64,000 bases of DNA, from assembly GCA_963662585.1 (NCBI GenBank), contig OY759729.1, forward strand, positions 2,144,001 to 2,208,000, in the 5' to 3' direction. The translations under genes were made by a program, and so were the position numbers. This document shows positions 9,012 through 18,785 of this stretch, one piece after another; position 1 is the stretch's first letter; each line of letters starts with the position of its first letter. This DNA is from Candidatus Cloacimonadales bacterium. GTDB lineage: Bacteria; Cloacimonadota; Cloacimonadia; Cloacimonadales; JAFGVF01. The notes beneath the pieces were generated by a model that saw only the letters and a list, made by a program, of their open reading frames with translations, was not told where the DNA came from and did no database searches.

Positions 9012-11462
9012 ATGTATAAAGCAAATATATTGATTATAACATTACTCGTCCTGTGTATAGGATTAAGTGCTACAGTCTTAGAAGTTGGCTTAAGCCAAGA
9101 TTTTACTTACAACACTATCCAATCTGCCGTAGATGCCGCAGTAGATTATGATACAGTTTTAGTTCACCCAGGAAGGTACCTTGAAAATGTTGAAGTTTTA
9201 GAGAAAAGTCTTACTCTTGGGTCTTTATTTTTAACAACAGGTAACGAAGCTTATATAGACTCAACTATTATTGATGGAAATAATCATTGGAGAGTTATAT
9301 TTTTTAAGCACAATAGGTATTTACCTTCAGTTAAGTGGTTTAGAGTAAGTGGTTTATCAATAGTAAATGGTAATACTTTGACTAACCATAATAGCTTGCC
9401 AGAGGGGGTAAGTATACATGGAGGGGGTATTGCTATTAATGGTTACAGCTATCTAAATCAGCAAGCTTCAATTATCGAATATTGCAAAATATATGATAAT
9501 ACTTCAAGCCAAGGTGGTGGAATAGCAATCTCTGAAGCCAATGTTGATATTGCAGGATGTGAAATTTTGGATAACAATGGAGGACAATTTGGTGGTGGGA
9601 TTTACAGTATGGGAATTGATTACCGATTAGAATTATCTGAAACATATCCTAATTCTGTTTATAATAACAGTGCTGGTAAGGGCAGAGATGTTTATATAGA
9701 ACCTGTAAATAGTAATCCTGCATATCTAAACGGACTTTATTTTGATAAAATTTCGGTAGCACCTGAAGGTGATTTCTCTCACTACTATTATGTTTCAGAT
9801 GTGATAGAATGGGATGGAGAAGTTACTTACAATGAAACAGCTTATGAACGCATCGAAGCTGATCTATATGTTTCTCCCACGGGCAATGATAATAACACAG
9901 GTTTAAGTCCAGCTCAAGCACTAAAGACTATTTCTAAAGCAACATCACTATTAAAACCTCGTACTAATGGAGATTATAATATTGTCTATGTAGCTCCCGG
10001 ATTATATTCTCCCGATACCACTGGAGAGATATTTCCTATAAGTATGGATAGAGGGATAAAACTTGTCGGTGCTGGTTCAGCTGATACAATCTTAGACGGA
10101 GAAAACCAGATTTGTAATTTCTTCTATTTTGAAGATAATTCAGATATTTCAGTCTCTGGTTTTAGCTGTAAGAACTTATATTCAAGAGCAGGCTGGGCTG
10201 GGATTGTAAGGGCAAACAATGTTGAGAGTTTAGAGATGAAAGATCTTAATGTTGAGAATATTCATAGTGATGGTGCCTTTTCTATCTTTTATTCAAATCG
10301 TATATTGCTTGAAGATATTTCCTTAAAGAATTACAATTATAATGGATTATTGATTGCGGCATCTCAAGGAATTATGCATAATATCTGGGCAGATAGTCTT
10401 AATGTTACAATGGAGGTAGAGGGTCAGCCGGTGTCTATGCCTTTTCTGCTTGATCAAGGTAGTTATAGAATATCAAATATAGCAGTAACTAATTCTGTTA
10501 TTCCAGGAGGAAGAGCTTTTCAGTATGGTAGTGATGCAAGCGTAAGTGATGATTTTGTGACAGTTAATAATCTATTAGTAGCAAATTGTTCTTATACTCC
10601 TCTAGATTGGAACTTAACAACGATAGGTTTTATAGGAGAACACTTACCCCAAATGAAAGTTAATAATATGACATTAGTGAATAATACAAATAACTGGCCA
10701 ATATTAGGTATTAGAGGGGATGTTAAAATAAGGAATTCAATTTTTGATAATCCTAATAGCCCTTGCGAAATCTATCTGATGGACCCAGCTGAAGTACCAA
10801 CACCTGGTATCTCAGCTCTTGATATAGATTACTCTTTAGTAAGAGGTGGTATCGATGCATTAGTAACTGATTATGATGAGGAATGGACTCTTACTTGGGG
10901 AGATAATATGCTTGATGAAGATCCTGGTTTTGCAGGTGGCGATGAAAGCTTGTGGTCCTCTTATTTCTTAGCTGAAGACTCCCCTTGTATAGATGCAGGA
11001 GTAGCTGATACAACAGGGTATTTTATGGTAGAAACAGATTTAAATGGTTGTGAAAGAGTCTATGGCTCAGCAGTAGATTTAGGTTGTTTTGAATATGGTT
11101 CTCCTGTAGCTAATAATGATAATCATGAAATAGAAGCAGTGCAAAATAATATCATGATCTATCCTAATCCTGCTCAGCTGAATAGTGGACTGAAAGGAGT
11201 AACCACTATAGAATTCACTTTGCAGGGATCTAAAGCTAAAGATATCAAGGTGGGAGTATATAATCTCAAAGGACAGAAAGTAAGAGATTTACAGGTAGGT
11301 CAAAGTTTTTATAACAACTTAAAAGTAGATAACCCTACCTATAGTTTGCACTGGGATTTGAAAAATAATAGAGGCAAGAATGTTTCCAGTGGTATTTATT
11401 TTATTAAAGCTGATGATAGACAAGGGCATTCTGTTATAACTAAATGTTGTGTGATGAAGTAG
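9012..11462 (+). CDS. Secreted beta-helix (DUF1565-like) protein with T9SS/FlgD-type CTD, paralogue B
   Basis: Same length (816 aa) and near-identical to 6554..9004. Confidence 0.85.
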   Translation: MYKANILIITLLVLCIGLSATVLEVGLSQDFTYNTIQSAVDAAVDYDTVLVHPGRYLENVEVLEKSLTLGSLFLTTGNEAYIDSTIIDGNNHWRVIFFKHNRYLPSVKWFRVSGLSIVNGNTLTNHNSLPEGVSIHGGGIAINGYSYLNQQASIIEYCKIYDNTSSQGGGIAISEANVDIAGCEILDNNGGQFGGGIYSMGIDYRLELSETYPNSVYNNSAGKGRDVYIEPVNSNPAYLNGLYFDKISVAPEGDFSHYYYVSDVIEWDGEVTYNETAYERIEADLYVSPTGNDNNTGLSPAQALKTISKATSLLKPRTNGDYNIVYVAPGLYSPDTTGEIFPISMDRGIKLVGAGSADTILDGENQICNFFYFEDNSDISVSGFSCKNLYSRAGWAGIVRANNVESLEMKDLNVENIHSDGAFSIFYSNRILLEDISLKNYNYNGLLIAASQGIMHNIWADSLNVTMEVEGQPVSMPFLLDQGSYRISNIAVTNSVIPGGRAFQYGSDASVSDDFVTVNNLLVANCSYTPLDWNLTTIGFIGEHLPQMKVNNMTLVNNTNNWPILGIRGDVKIRNSIFDNPNSPCEIYLMDPAEVPTPGISALDIDYSLVRGGIDALVTDYDEEWTLTWGDNMLDEDPGFAGGDESLWSSYFLAEDSPCIDAGVADTTGYFMVETDLNGCERVYGSAVDLGCFEYGSPVANNDNHEIEAVQNNIMIYPNPAQLNSGLKGVTTIEFTLQGSKAKDIKVGVYNLKGQKVRDLQVGQSFYNNLKVDNPTYSLHWDLKNNRGKNVSSGIYFIKADDRQGHSVITKCCVMK

Positions 11463-11478
11463 GCTATTCACTAAACTT

Positions 11479-11617
11479 GGAATGCTAGCAGGGATGCTGG
11501 TGCTCCCAGTAGCTCCCAGAAAAGTAAGTAAAAAAAGGGCAGAAGATTAATCTTCTACCCTATAATTTATTTAAGAATGCCAGCAAGGATGCTGGCGCTC
11601 CCAGTGGCACTCCCAGT
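11479..11617. repeat. Two REP-like copies GAATGC(T/C)AGCA(G/A)GGATGCTGG(T/C)GCTCCCAGT
   Basis: Copies at about 11479-11519 and 11575-11617, flanking a terminator hairpin. Confidence 0.7.
11530..11561 (-). terminator. Rho-independent terminator, probably for hcp
   Basis: AGGGCAGAAGA-TTAA-TCTTCTACCCT stem preceded by A7, which is a U-tract on the minus strand. Confidence 0.65.
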
Positions 11618-11626
11618 ATTATTTAT

Positions 11627-12127
11627 GGCTCTTGTTCAAGTCTGGTAGAAATTATTAAGGATTTCCTTGCACCTTATTATTGCATTACAGTAAGTTAGGT
11701 CTTATAGTGGACAAGAAATAGAAGTTTTTATGCTAAATAAGACTTAATCCTGACTTGGGAGGGTGTAGTTTTAGCGAAGACTCAAAGGATGAGTCTTATA
11801 TCCCCAATGGGGATTAATAGTTTAGCCCAGGGTAAAATCCTGAAGGGATTGCAACCCTGGGTTATGATGTACATAAAAAGTGTAACCCTGTAAGGGTTTA
11901 ATAACAACGAATATACCAAGGTTTTATTATATAAAACAGTTACTCTTCTATTAAACCCTTACAGGGTTATGAACATAATTTTGGATATTGTACCTGGGGT
12001 GACGATCCCTATAGGATCTTACCCCAGGCTAATCTATTAATCCCTTTCAGGGATGTTTTAACCTTTACATTATTAACTAAACTGTTTCGTTATAAATTTA
12101 TCTTTCCACCAGACTTGAACTTGATCC
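11627..12127. mobile_element. Non-autonomous element (MITE), probably IS1595-family-derived
   Basis: TIRs GGCTCTTGTTCAAGTCTGGTAGAAA / TTTCCACCAGACTTGAACTTGATCC; 8-bp direct repeat TTATTTAT at 11619-11626 and 12128-12135; no transposase ORF. Confidence 0.8.
11800..12054. repeat. Large imperfect inverted repeat built from small hairpins, nested in the MITE
   Basis: Left arm ATCCCCAATGGGGATTAATAGTTTAGCCCAGGGT...TAACCCTGTAAGGGTTTAATA pairs with right arm TATTAAACCCTTACAGGGTTA...ACCCCAGGCTAATCTATTAATCCCTTTCAGGGAT. Confidence 0.8.
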
Positions 12128-12131
12128 TTAT

Positions 12132-13733
12132 TTATTTCCCAGCCATCATAGCTTCGATATCAGCTTTTACATCTCCTGTTGGTTTAATGTCAAAGTTTTC
12201 AACTAAAACTTTAGCAACATTAGGTGATAAGAAAGCAGGGAGTGTAGGTCCTAAGCGAATACCTTTCACGCCGAGAGCTAATAAGCCAAGTAGGACGGCT
12301 ACAGCTTTTTGCTCATACCAAGCGATGTCAAAGGAGATTGGTAAATCATTGATATCATTAAGTTCGAATACTTCTTTAAGTTTAAGAGCTATAACAGCTA
12401 ATGAATAGGAATCGTTGCATTGTCCAGCATCGAGAACGCGGGGGATTCCACTAATATCACCAAGCTGGAGTTTGTTATAACGATATTTAGCGCAACCAGC
12501 AGTTAAGATAATAGTACCTTCTGGTAATTCGTTAGCTACATCAGTGAAGTAGTTTCTAGTATCATGTCTGCCGTCGCAACCAGCCATTACTACAAATCTT
12601 TTGATTGCACCTGATTTGACTGCAGCAACAACTTTATCAGCAAGTGCTATAACTTGATTATGAGCGAATCCACCTACGATAGAACCAGTTTCTATTTCAG
12701 TAGGGGCTGGGCAAGTTTTAGCTAACTCTATTATTTTAGAGAAATCTTTTTTGCCATCTACAGGTTCGATATGTGGAACATTAGGATAACCAGCCATTCC
12801 AGTAGTGAAGATTCTTTTGGCATATTCTTCTTTTACAGGGACGATACAGTTGGTAGTCATTAAGATAGGACCATTAAAAGTGATAAATTCTTTATCTTGT
12901 TTCCACCAAGCATTACCATAGTTTCCTACAAAATGTTTGTATTTTTTGAAAGCTGGATAGTAGTTAGCAGGAAGCATTTCAGAGTGGGTATAGGCATCCA
13001 CGCCTGTACCTTCAGTTTGTTGAAGAAGTTGTTCCATATCTCTTAAATCATGACCAGAAATAAGGATACCAGGGTTTTTACCAACACCAATATTTACTTC
13101 TGTGATTTCAGGATTACCATAGGTAGAAGTATTTGCTTCATCAAGTAAAGCCATAGTGGTAACAGCCATATTACCAGCTTTAAGAACTAAGCCAACCATT
13201 TCATCTACAGAAAGATCTTTAGTAGTGGAAGCCAATCCTTCCATTAAGAATTGGTAAATATCATCATTTTCTTTTCCGAGAACTGCAGCATGTTCTGCAT
13301 AGGCTGAGATACCTTTTAAACCATAAACAAGAAGTTCTCTTAATGAGCGTACATCTTCATTTTCAGTGGAAAGAACACCATGTTTTTCTCCGACTTTCAC
13401 AAAGTCTTCTTGAGTCTTACCAGTCCAAGTTATAGCTTCACAATCACACTTATAGTTTAAAGCATCTCTTCTTTGGAGGGCTTCTTTAATTAAGGCGACA
13501 ATTCTTTCATCATCGAAGTTTGCATTTGTAATAGTTGCGAAGAGACTTTTAGCTATAAATAAGCCATTATCTCTATCATATTTGCCATCTGAAGCTAGGG
13601 CTATGCCTTTCAAAGCATAGACTAAAGCATCTTGTAAACAAGCTGTTTTTGCTGGCTTACCACATACACCCTTGTTAAATCTACATCCGATATTCTGCAT
13701 AGTTTCTTGACATTGAAAACAATACATACTCAT
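12132..13733 (-). CDS. hcp: Hybrid cluster protein (hydroxylamine/NO reductase)
   Basis: CFQCQET...C...GVCGK cubane motif, [33 protein letters not shown]. Confidence 0.96.
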   Translation of the reverse strand: MSMYCFQCQETMQNIGCRFNKGVCGKPAKTACLQDALVYALKGIALASDGKYDRDNGLFIAKSLFATITNANFDDERIVALIKEALQRRDALNYKCDCEAITWTGKTQEDFVKVGEKHGVLSTENEDVRSLRELLVYGLKGISAYAEHAAVLGKENDDIYQFLMEGLASTTKDLSVDEMVGLVLKAGNMAVTTMALLDEANTSTYGNPEITEVNIGVGKNPGILISGHDLRDMEQLLQQTEGTGVDAYTHSEMLPANYYPAFKKYKHFVGNYGNAWWKQDKEFITFNGPILMTTNCIVPVKEEYAKRIFTTGMAGYPNVPHIEPVDGKKDFSKIIELAKTCPAPTEIETGSIVGGFAHNQVIALADKVVAAVKSGAIKRFVVMAGCDGRHDTRNYFTDVANELPEGTIILTAGCAKYRYNKLQLGDISGIPRVLDAGQCNDSYSLAVIALKLKEVFELNDINDLPISFDIAWYEQKAVAVLLGLLALGVKGIRLGPTLPAFLSPNVAKVLVENFDIKPTGDVKADIEAMMAGK

Positions 13734-13843
13734 TTTTCTTTCTCCTATTGTTTTTTTTGTTAAAAGTTTTATTCTTTGTATTTAATAAGTTCTTGAAGTA
13801 CATTTACTTATCTTTGATATTATAATCTGTTTTTAGTAACTTA

Positions 13844-14083
13844 CTAATAATTAATTCCGGCTGCTTTGACATTTTCTGCATCAAAGGCATGGCAAGGAGT
13901 TACTCCATAAACCATATTACATTTAGGACATGAACTTTCAAAAGTTTCCATTTCAAAGGAAGTACCACACTCACATTTTATTTCTAAAGGCATGGGCATA
14001 GACTGTTCTGAAAAGCCCATTTGTCTTACTTTATCTACAACATCTTGTCCGTTTTTAAAGCTTCCGCTACAACCATCGTGCAT
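13844..14083 (-). CDS. Small Cys-rich putative metal-binding protein
   Basis: MHDGC..., CECG...CPKC...VTPCH; RBS AGGAG; directly upstream of hcp. Confidence 0.8.
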   Translation of the reverse strand: MHDGCSGSFKNGQDVVDKVRQMGFSEQSMPMPLEIKCECGTSFEMETFESSCPKCNMVYGVTPCHAFDAENVKAAGINY

Positions 14084-14169
14084 AATTTGGCTCCTTACTG
14101 TTTATTCATCATTTTTTTTTCTCTGTTATATGTCGCCCTTGTAGGGCTTAATTCAAATTTTGTACCTGT

Positions 14170-14645
14170 AGCAGTGTCTTGCGAGCACTTTAAGAGTGTG
14201 ATAATCCCTCTTCTGCCGGATTGCATGCACCCTTGCATGCGAAAAACCTTATAAAAATCTAATGTTATCTTATTATTGTCTAATGTGGAAGCAGAGACGC
14301 TTCCACTCCATAGAAGAAAACACCCCCTGTGTCCCCCTCGCGGAGGGGGATTAAGAAACACCCCGTCATCTTCGATGCCATCCCTTCGGGATTTAAGAGG
14401 TATTGAAGCACCCCCTGTGTCCCCCTCATGGAGGGGGATTAAGAAACACCCCGTCATCTTCGATGCCACCCCTCTTTTAGCGTGCCTTCAGCACTAAAGC
14501 GGGGACTTTAGAGGTCATCAGCTCGGATGTTATATCTTGTTAAAGATCTAATCTTCATCAGTGACTATCATTTTAATCTGTGTCATCTGTGTTCTATTAT
14601 TTTATTTATCTTAATTAGTGAAATTCATGAAATTAGTGGATAGAT
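14170..14645. repeat. Intergenic mosaic of palindromic repeats, including a 60-bp unit duplicated with 88-bp period
   Basis: CACCCCCTGTGTCCCCCTC..GGAGGGGGATTAAGAAACACCCCGTCATCTTCGATGCCA at 14321-14380 and 14409-14468; 14464-14505 identical to 47114-47155; 14189-14211 identical to 51145-51167. Confidence 0.85.
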
Positions 14646-14647
14646 TC

Positions 14648-15658
14648 TCAATTTAAAAGCTTTTCTCCGCTTCTCAACTTGGTTCTATAAGAGAGAATCT
14701 TCTTATCAAGCTCTTCCAAAGTAGTAAGAATCTGACGCTCTTCCTTAGTAGTCTTTATTACTTTAGAGATTCCACCATTTTTGATAACTATTCTCTTATC
14801 TGCCATTAGGGCTAAAATTGGGTCATGCGTAGCCATAAGAACTATTTTATTTTCAGAGAGAAGAAGGTTCAAGGCTCTCTTACGATCGATACCGGCATTT
14901 TCAATCTCATCAATAAGGATAATTGGGGATTTGCTTAATATGGCTGTATCAGCTATCATAAGAGCACGAGATTGACCGCCAGAAAGACTTGTAATTGGGG
15001 TTTGAGGAGAGAACTTCTCACCTGCTAAATCATTAGCTTTTTTGATAATATTTGTTATTACTTGATCGCGGTTCTCAACTAATCTGCTCTCAGCGTGAAG
15101 TTCTACAAATTGATAGACAGTCAAATCCATTACGAAATTCATATTTTGGGAGAGTTGTGCTACAAGCTTATCAGAAGTAGAGAATCTCCACTTAAAATCA
15201 GGTTTGGCCTTGTTAATTAAAATTGTTCTATTAGTTGGTGTGTCAGCTTGAGCTACCCATTCAATGTCTCCGAGTAATCTACTTTTCCCAGAACCTGTAG
15301 GTCCTACAATACTGATGATTTCACCTTTTTTAATCACTAAATCAGTAAATCCCTCAGCATTGCCACTTTTATCATTGCCAGGTAGGATAGTAACAGAATC
15401 TACAAGCTCGTTTGTCTTGCCAAGAAAAGCCATCATTTGTTGAATATATTCTACAATTTGCTGATAGAAGAGTTCTGGGTCAATAGCCATATCTTCTCTA
15501 TATTCTTCACCTAAAGAATTAAAATAGTCAGATAGACTATTAGCTTCCTTTCCTTGATACTTAATATTGTTAGTAGCTAGGAAAGAGTCTAAGAAAGGGT
15601 ATTCTTGTAATAAATCTTCAATCACTAAATTTGGTATTGTTTTGATATTAACTAGCAT
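14648..15658 (-). CDS. ABC-type ATP-binding protein with N-terminal extension
   Basis: GPTGSGKS Walker A, LSGGQ signature, ILIDEIE Walker B, ATHD switch. Confidence 0.9.
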   Translation of the reverse strand: MLVNIKTIPNLVIEDLLQEYPFLDSFLATNNIKYQGKEANSLSDYFNSLGEEYREDMAIDPELFYQQIVEYIQQMMAFLGKTNELVDSVTILPGNDKSGNAEGFTDLVIKKGEIISIVGPTGSGKSRLLGDIEWVAQADTPTNRTILINKAKPDFKWRFSTSDKLVAQLSQNMNFVMDLTVYQFVELHAESRLVENRDQVITNIIKKANDLAGEKFSPQTPITSLSGGQSRALMIADTAILSKSPIILIDEIENAGIDRKRALNLLLSENKIVLMATHDPILALMADKRIVIKNGGISKVIKTTKEERQILTTLEELDKKILSYRTKLRSGEKLLN

Positions 15659-15661
15659 AGC

Positions 15662-16354
15662 TTAATCCTCTAAGTTTATCTTGCGCACATTACCCATTTG
15701 ATAGCTTTCGCCAATTCTGGTTTCACCTAAACAGTAGGAACAGAGGGCAGAAGGCATAGGGAAGCGTAGTTCTTTCCCTTTCAATGTATCTATGTTATCT
15801 TTAGCTTCATATATCAGGGTTGATAGTTCATAGCTTCCCTGACCTGTAAGGCCATTTATATTCATAATCGTAGCTTTAGGATTGACACTATTCACTCGGG
15901 AGGCAAAGACTTCTCTCTCTGCTTGAGAAACAATATCACCTTTAGTAATCACAATAATATCAGCAGATTTCAGCATTGGTCCAATCTTCTTAGGAGTATT
16001 GATACCACTTAGATTATCTATAACACAAATGGCTTTTATTCCTTTGATATAAGGAGAACAACGATTACAGAGTCCTGCAGATTCACTAATCAAGACATCC
16101 ACACCGGTTTTCAATCCCCACTGAGTTATCTCTTCCACATTACTAACAAAATAGTGGTCTGGACATAAGGCTCCTGATAAACCTTTCTTAACAGGAATTC
16201 CAGCATTCTTGTAGAGAATATCATCATCAGTATAAAGGCAATCGAACTTGGCAACTGCGACTTTTAAGTTTCTCTTCTTTAAAGATTCAATGGTTTTTAA
16301 GATTACCGAAGTTTTTCCTGAAGAGGGAGGTCCCGATACAGTTATAAGATTCAT
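15662..16354 (-). CDS. HypB/UreG-like (G3E) metal-binding GTPase
   Basis: GPPSSGKT, ESAG and TKGD motifs plus LCPDH, LCNRC and LCSYC Cys motifs. Confidence 0.85.
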   Translation of the reverse strand: MNLITVSGPPSSGKTSVILKTIESLKKRNLKVAVAKFDCLYTDDDILYKNAGIPVKKGLSGALCPDHYFVSNVEEITQWGLKTGVDVLISESAGLCNRCSPYIKGIKAICVIDNLSGINTPKKIGPMLKSADIIVITKGDIVSQAEREVFASRVNSVNPKATIMNINGLTGQGSYELSTLIYEAKDNIDTLKGKELRFPMPSALCSYCLGETRIGESYQMGNVRKINLED

Positions 16355-17589
16355 TATATCTCCTTAATTGAGCTTTGAAAGAGTTTTTCACAATGTTTAA
16401 TTGTTGCTGAGATATCGTGAGAATAGATATAATCCCAACCTAACCACATGAATTTATTTTTAGCATCGATTCTGTTATCTACATTAGGATGCACACTTGG
16501 GAAGAGTCCACTATGAGCTAACACTTCTCCAACTTGCTGAGAAGCTAAGAAATCAACAACTGGTTGAAGTTGACTCTTACTATTACCCTTGGTTAGCATG
16601 AAAATAGGACTGATAATAGCTCCATCTTGAGGCCAAACAGCTTTCATACTACCACCCTCTTTAACCATTTTAGTGAAGAAGTAAGGCATAATAGTAACGA
16701 TAGGCTTGTTATTGCTTTTCTTATCACTCTTCACCATCTGAGAAGGATGAAGTGATTCTAATAAAGAACGACCTAATTTAACAACACCCTCATCACCATA
16801 TTTCTTAAAGATATTTAGCAGAATTCCATTAAAAAGATCAAAATCACCTACAGGAAGAGAGACTTTATTCTCAAATTCAGGCTTCATAATATCACTCCAA
16901 GAAGTAGGTAAGACTCTATCACCTAATTCTTTGGTATTAATTAAGAAGACTGCAGGAACTACCCCAAGCAGGGAAAAGTGCTCTTTAGGGTCTTTAAGGT
17001 TAATTTCTGTGAAGATTTCATTATAGACTTTAATAGGAGAGAAGTCAGCAAAAACACCTTGGTCTTTGAACTTTCCAAACATCTCAAGATCAAAGAACAT
17101 ATCAAATCCTGCAGAGATGAAAACATCAGGAAGATTCATTGGGTCTGTTACTTCTTTTACATGTTCTTCAATCCACTCAACACCCATAGAGGCAGCTTTT
17201 AATTCTGATTCTATTGATAATCCAAATTCGGACTTAAATTCTTTGGTGAAGCTATTGAATTTCTCCATAAGAGGAATTCTAACCGGACAAGGTAAAGCTC
17301 CTACAACTTTGATAGCCTTTTCATCTCCACTCAACTTATTACTACTTAGAGATATATCAACATTATTATCATCTCTCTCAATAGCCTCTACTAGCAGTCT
17401 ATTAAATGTATCATAATCTATCTGTTTTAAAGTTAAAGCAGTTTTTAGATTAATAGTTTTAGCAAAGACCTCTCTTTTGGCTTTATCATTCATCTGAGGA
17501 AAACCGTTCGAGGTAAATACAGACTCAGTTTCTGGGTATCTCTCAACTATGGATAAAAGCGAATCATCAGCATTGAAGTATGACATCAT
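16354..17589 (-). CDS. Substrate-binding-protein-fold protein with N-terminal DUF1858-like domain, no signal peptide
   Basis: N-terminal SIVERYPETESVFTSNGF; LPCPVRIP; PTSWSDIMKPEFENKV; WPQDGAIISP. Confidence 0.8.
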   Translation of the reverse strand: MMSYFNADDSLLSIVERYPETESVFTSNGFPQMNDKAKREVFAKTINLKTALTLKQIDYDTFNRLLVEAIERDDNNVDISLSSNKLSGDEKAIKVVGALPCPVRIPLMEKFNSFTKEFKSEFGLSIESELKAASMGVEWIEEHVKEVTDPMNLPDVFISAGFDMFFDLEMFGKFKDQGVFADFSPIKVYNEIFTEINLKDPKEHFSLLGVVPAVFLINTKELGDRVLPTSWSDIMKPEFENKVSLPVGDFDLFNGILLNIFKKYGDEGVVKLGRSLLESLHPSQMVKSDKKSNNKPIVTIMPYFFTKMVKEGGSMKAVWPQDGAIISPIFMLTKGNSKSQLQPVVDFLASQQVGEVLAHSGLFPSVHPNVDNRIDAKNKFMWLGWDYIYSHDISATIKHCEKLFQSSIKEI

Positions 17590-17600
17590 TCTTCCTTATT

Positions 17601-17942
17601 TTACTTTATAAATTTAGATGGACTTGCTGGTCTAGGTAGTTTAGAAACTAAGACTCTTGCGAGCCTATCAGTCTCATTATAAATGCAATGGACAATCTCC
17701 TTTGGAGATTCAATTACATCATCTTCTTTAACTTGCACTCTCTCATCACCAATCATAATTGTTGGTGAACCTTCTAAGACATAAAACAAGGCATCAACTG
17801 GTGTTATATGAGGTTTTAAAGCTTGACCAGCTTGCAATAAAATGTGATTTACTTGGGCAAATTCACTATTATATACCTGTTTAACATCAACACCGTGAGC
17901 TGTCTTATATTCTTTCTCTTCTCTAAAGTTTGTAATTTTCAT
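17601..17942 (-). CDS. Cupin domain protein
   Basis: LKPHITPVDALFYVLEG...SPKEIVHCIYN cupin motifs. Confidence 0.88.
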   Translation of the reverse strand: MKITNFREEKEYKTAHGVDVKQVYNSEFAQVNHILLQAGQALKPHITPVDALFYVLEGSPTIMIGDERVQVKEDDVIESPKEIVHCIYNETDRLARVLVSKLPRPASPSKFIK

Positions 17943-17965
17943 AATCTTTGTTCCTTTATATATAT

Positions 17966-17985
17966 TTAGGTACTACAATACCTAA
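17966..17985. promoter_or_regulatory. Putative Rrf2 operator 2
   Basis: Palindrome TTAGGTA-CTACAA-TACCTAA upstream of the cupin gene; core shared with 18438-18459. Confidence 0.7.
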
Positions 17986-18004
17986 TTAGGTATAAAAAAA
18001 TATC

Positions 18005-18406
18005 TTACATAAAATCTGCTAAAACCATATCTTTAAATCTATCATAGATGATTTTTGTTGCCTGAGCGACTTCAGCATCAATAATGCAAGTTCTGAATAC
18101 ACAATGCTTTTTCCCAAAGGGACATCCGGTAACCTCTATTTCACCTTCAAAAAGCTCTATTATCTCTAGGAAGGAAACATGTTTAGGAGAACGGCTTAGT
18201 TCAAATCCTCCCTGAGGTCCCCTTACTGAAGTTACTATCCCAGCACGAGTTAACTTCTGGAAAATCTTTGAAAGATGAGCCTCTGATGCTTGCAAGATTT
18301 GGGCTATCTCTTTTACACTAACCCTATCTGGTGTTTTAGATGCTATATGCACTAAACCATGCAAAGCTAAATATGTTGCTTCAGACAAATTTAATAATTT
18401 ACTCAT
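18005..18406 (-). CDS. Rrf2 family transcriptional regulator
   Basis: YLALHGL...KEIAQ..SEAHLSKIFQKL..GIVTSVRGPQGGFEL; three Cys (GCPF, HCVF, TCII). Confidence 0.93.
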   Translation of the reverse strand: MSKLLNLSEATYLALHGLVHIASKTPDRVSVKEIAQILQASEAHLSKIFQKLTRAGIVTSVRGPQGGFELSRSPKHVSFLEIIELFEGEIEVTGCPFGKKHCVFRTCIIDAEVAQATKIIYDRFKDMVLADFM

Positions 18407-18437
18407 CCTTTCCTCTTTTTTATTTATTGAATATTTA

Positions 18438-18475
18438 TTCTGGTACTACAATACCTGAATACCTTTTTGTGTCAA
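18438..18475 (-). promoter_or_regulatory. Sigma70 promoter of rrf2 with overlapping operator 1
   Basis: TTGACA (minus, 18475-18470); imperfect palindrome TTCTGGTA-CTACAA-TACCTGAA at 18438-18459 covers the -10 region. Confidence 0.7.
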
Positions 18476-18785
18476 ATGTTTTTTTTATATATTTTTAGTT
18501 ATGTTCAGTAAAGGTCTATTTTAAAGGGCTTTGTAGAGGCTAATATTTTTCACAAAAAAGGTAGAAGTATATAGAAATGCATAAAAGAGAAACTTATGTC
18601 TGCAAATTAAAAAAAAGGTGAATTGAAGAAATGTAATGATTTAGAGTTAAACAGGTACAAGAAAATAATGTAAACATCTATAACGAGGGAAAAACTATAG
18701 ATGATAGAAATTCTTTGACAATTTAATTTATTGAAATTATTATGCATAAGAAGTTAATAAGATTCTATACTATAAGGAATAAAAA

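Noticed and set aside
6554..11462. Diversity-generating retroelement (VR/TR pair) explaining the paralogue differences
   Set aside because: Mismatches involve all four bases rather than adenines only, both copies are full genes, and no reverse transcriptase is present in the window
14321..14468. Possible CRISPR array
   Set aside because: Only two 60-bp units, no regular repeat-spacer series and no cas genes
14021..14497. ORFs 14095..14469(-), 14021..14254(+) and 14276..14497(+)
   Set aside because: They are translations of GC-rich palindromic repeats (duplicated peptide text) or lie antisense to a real gene
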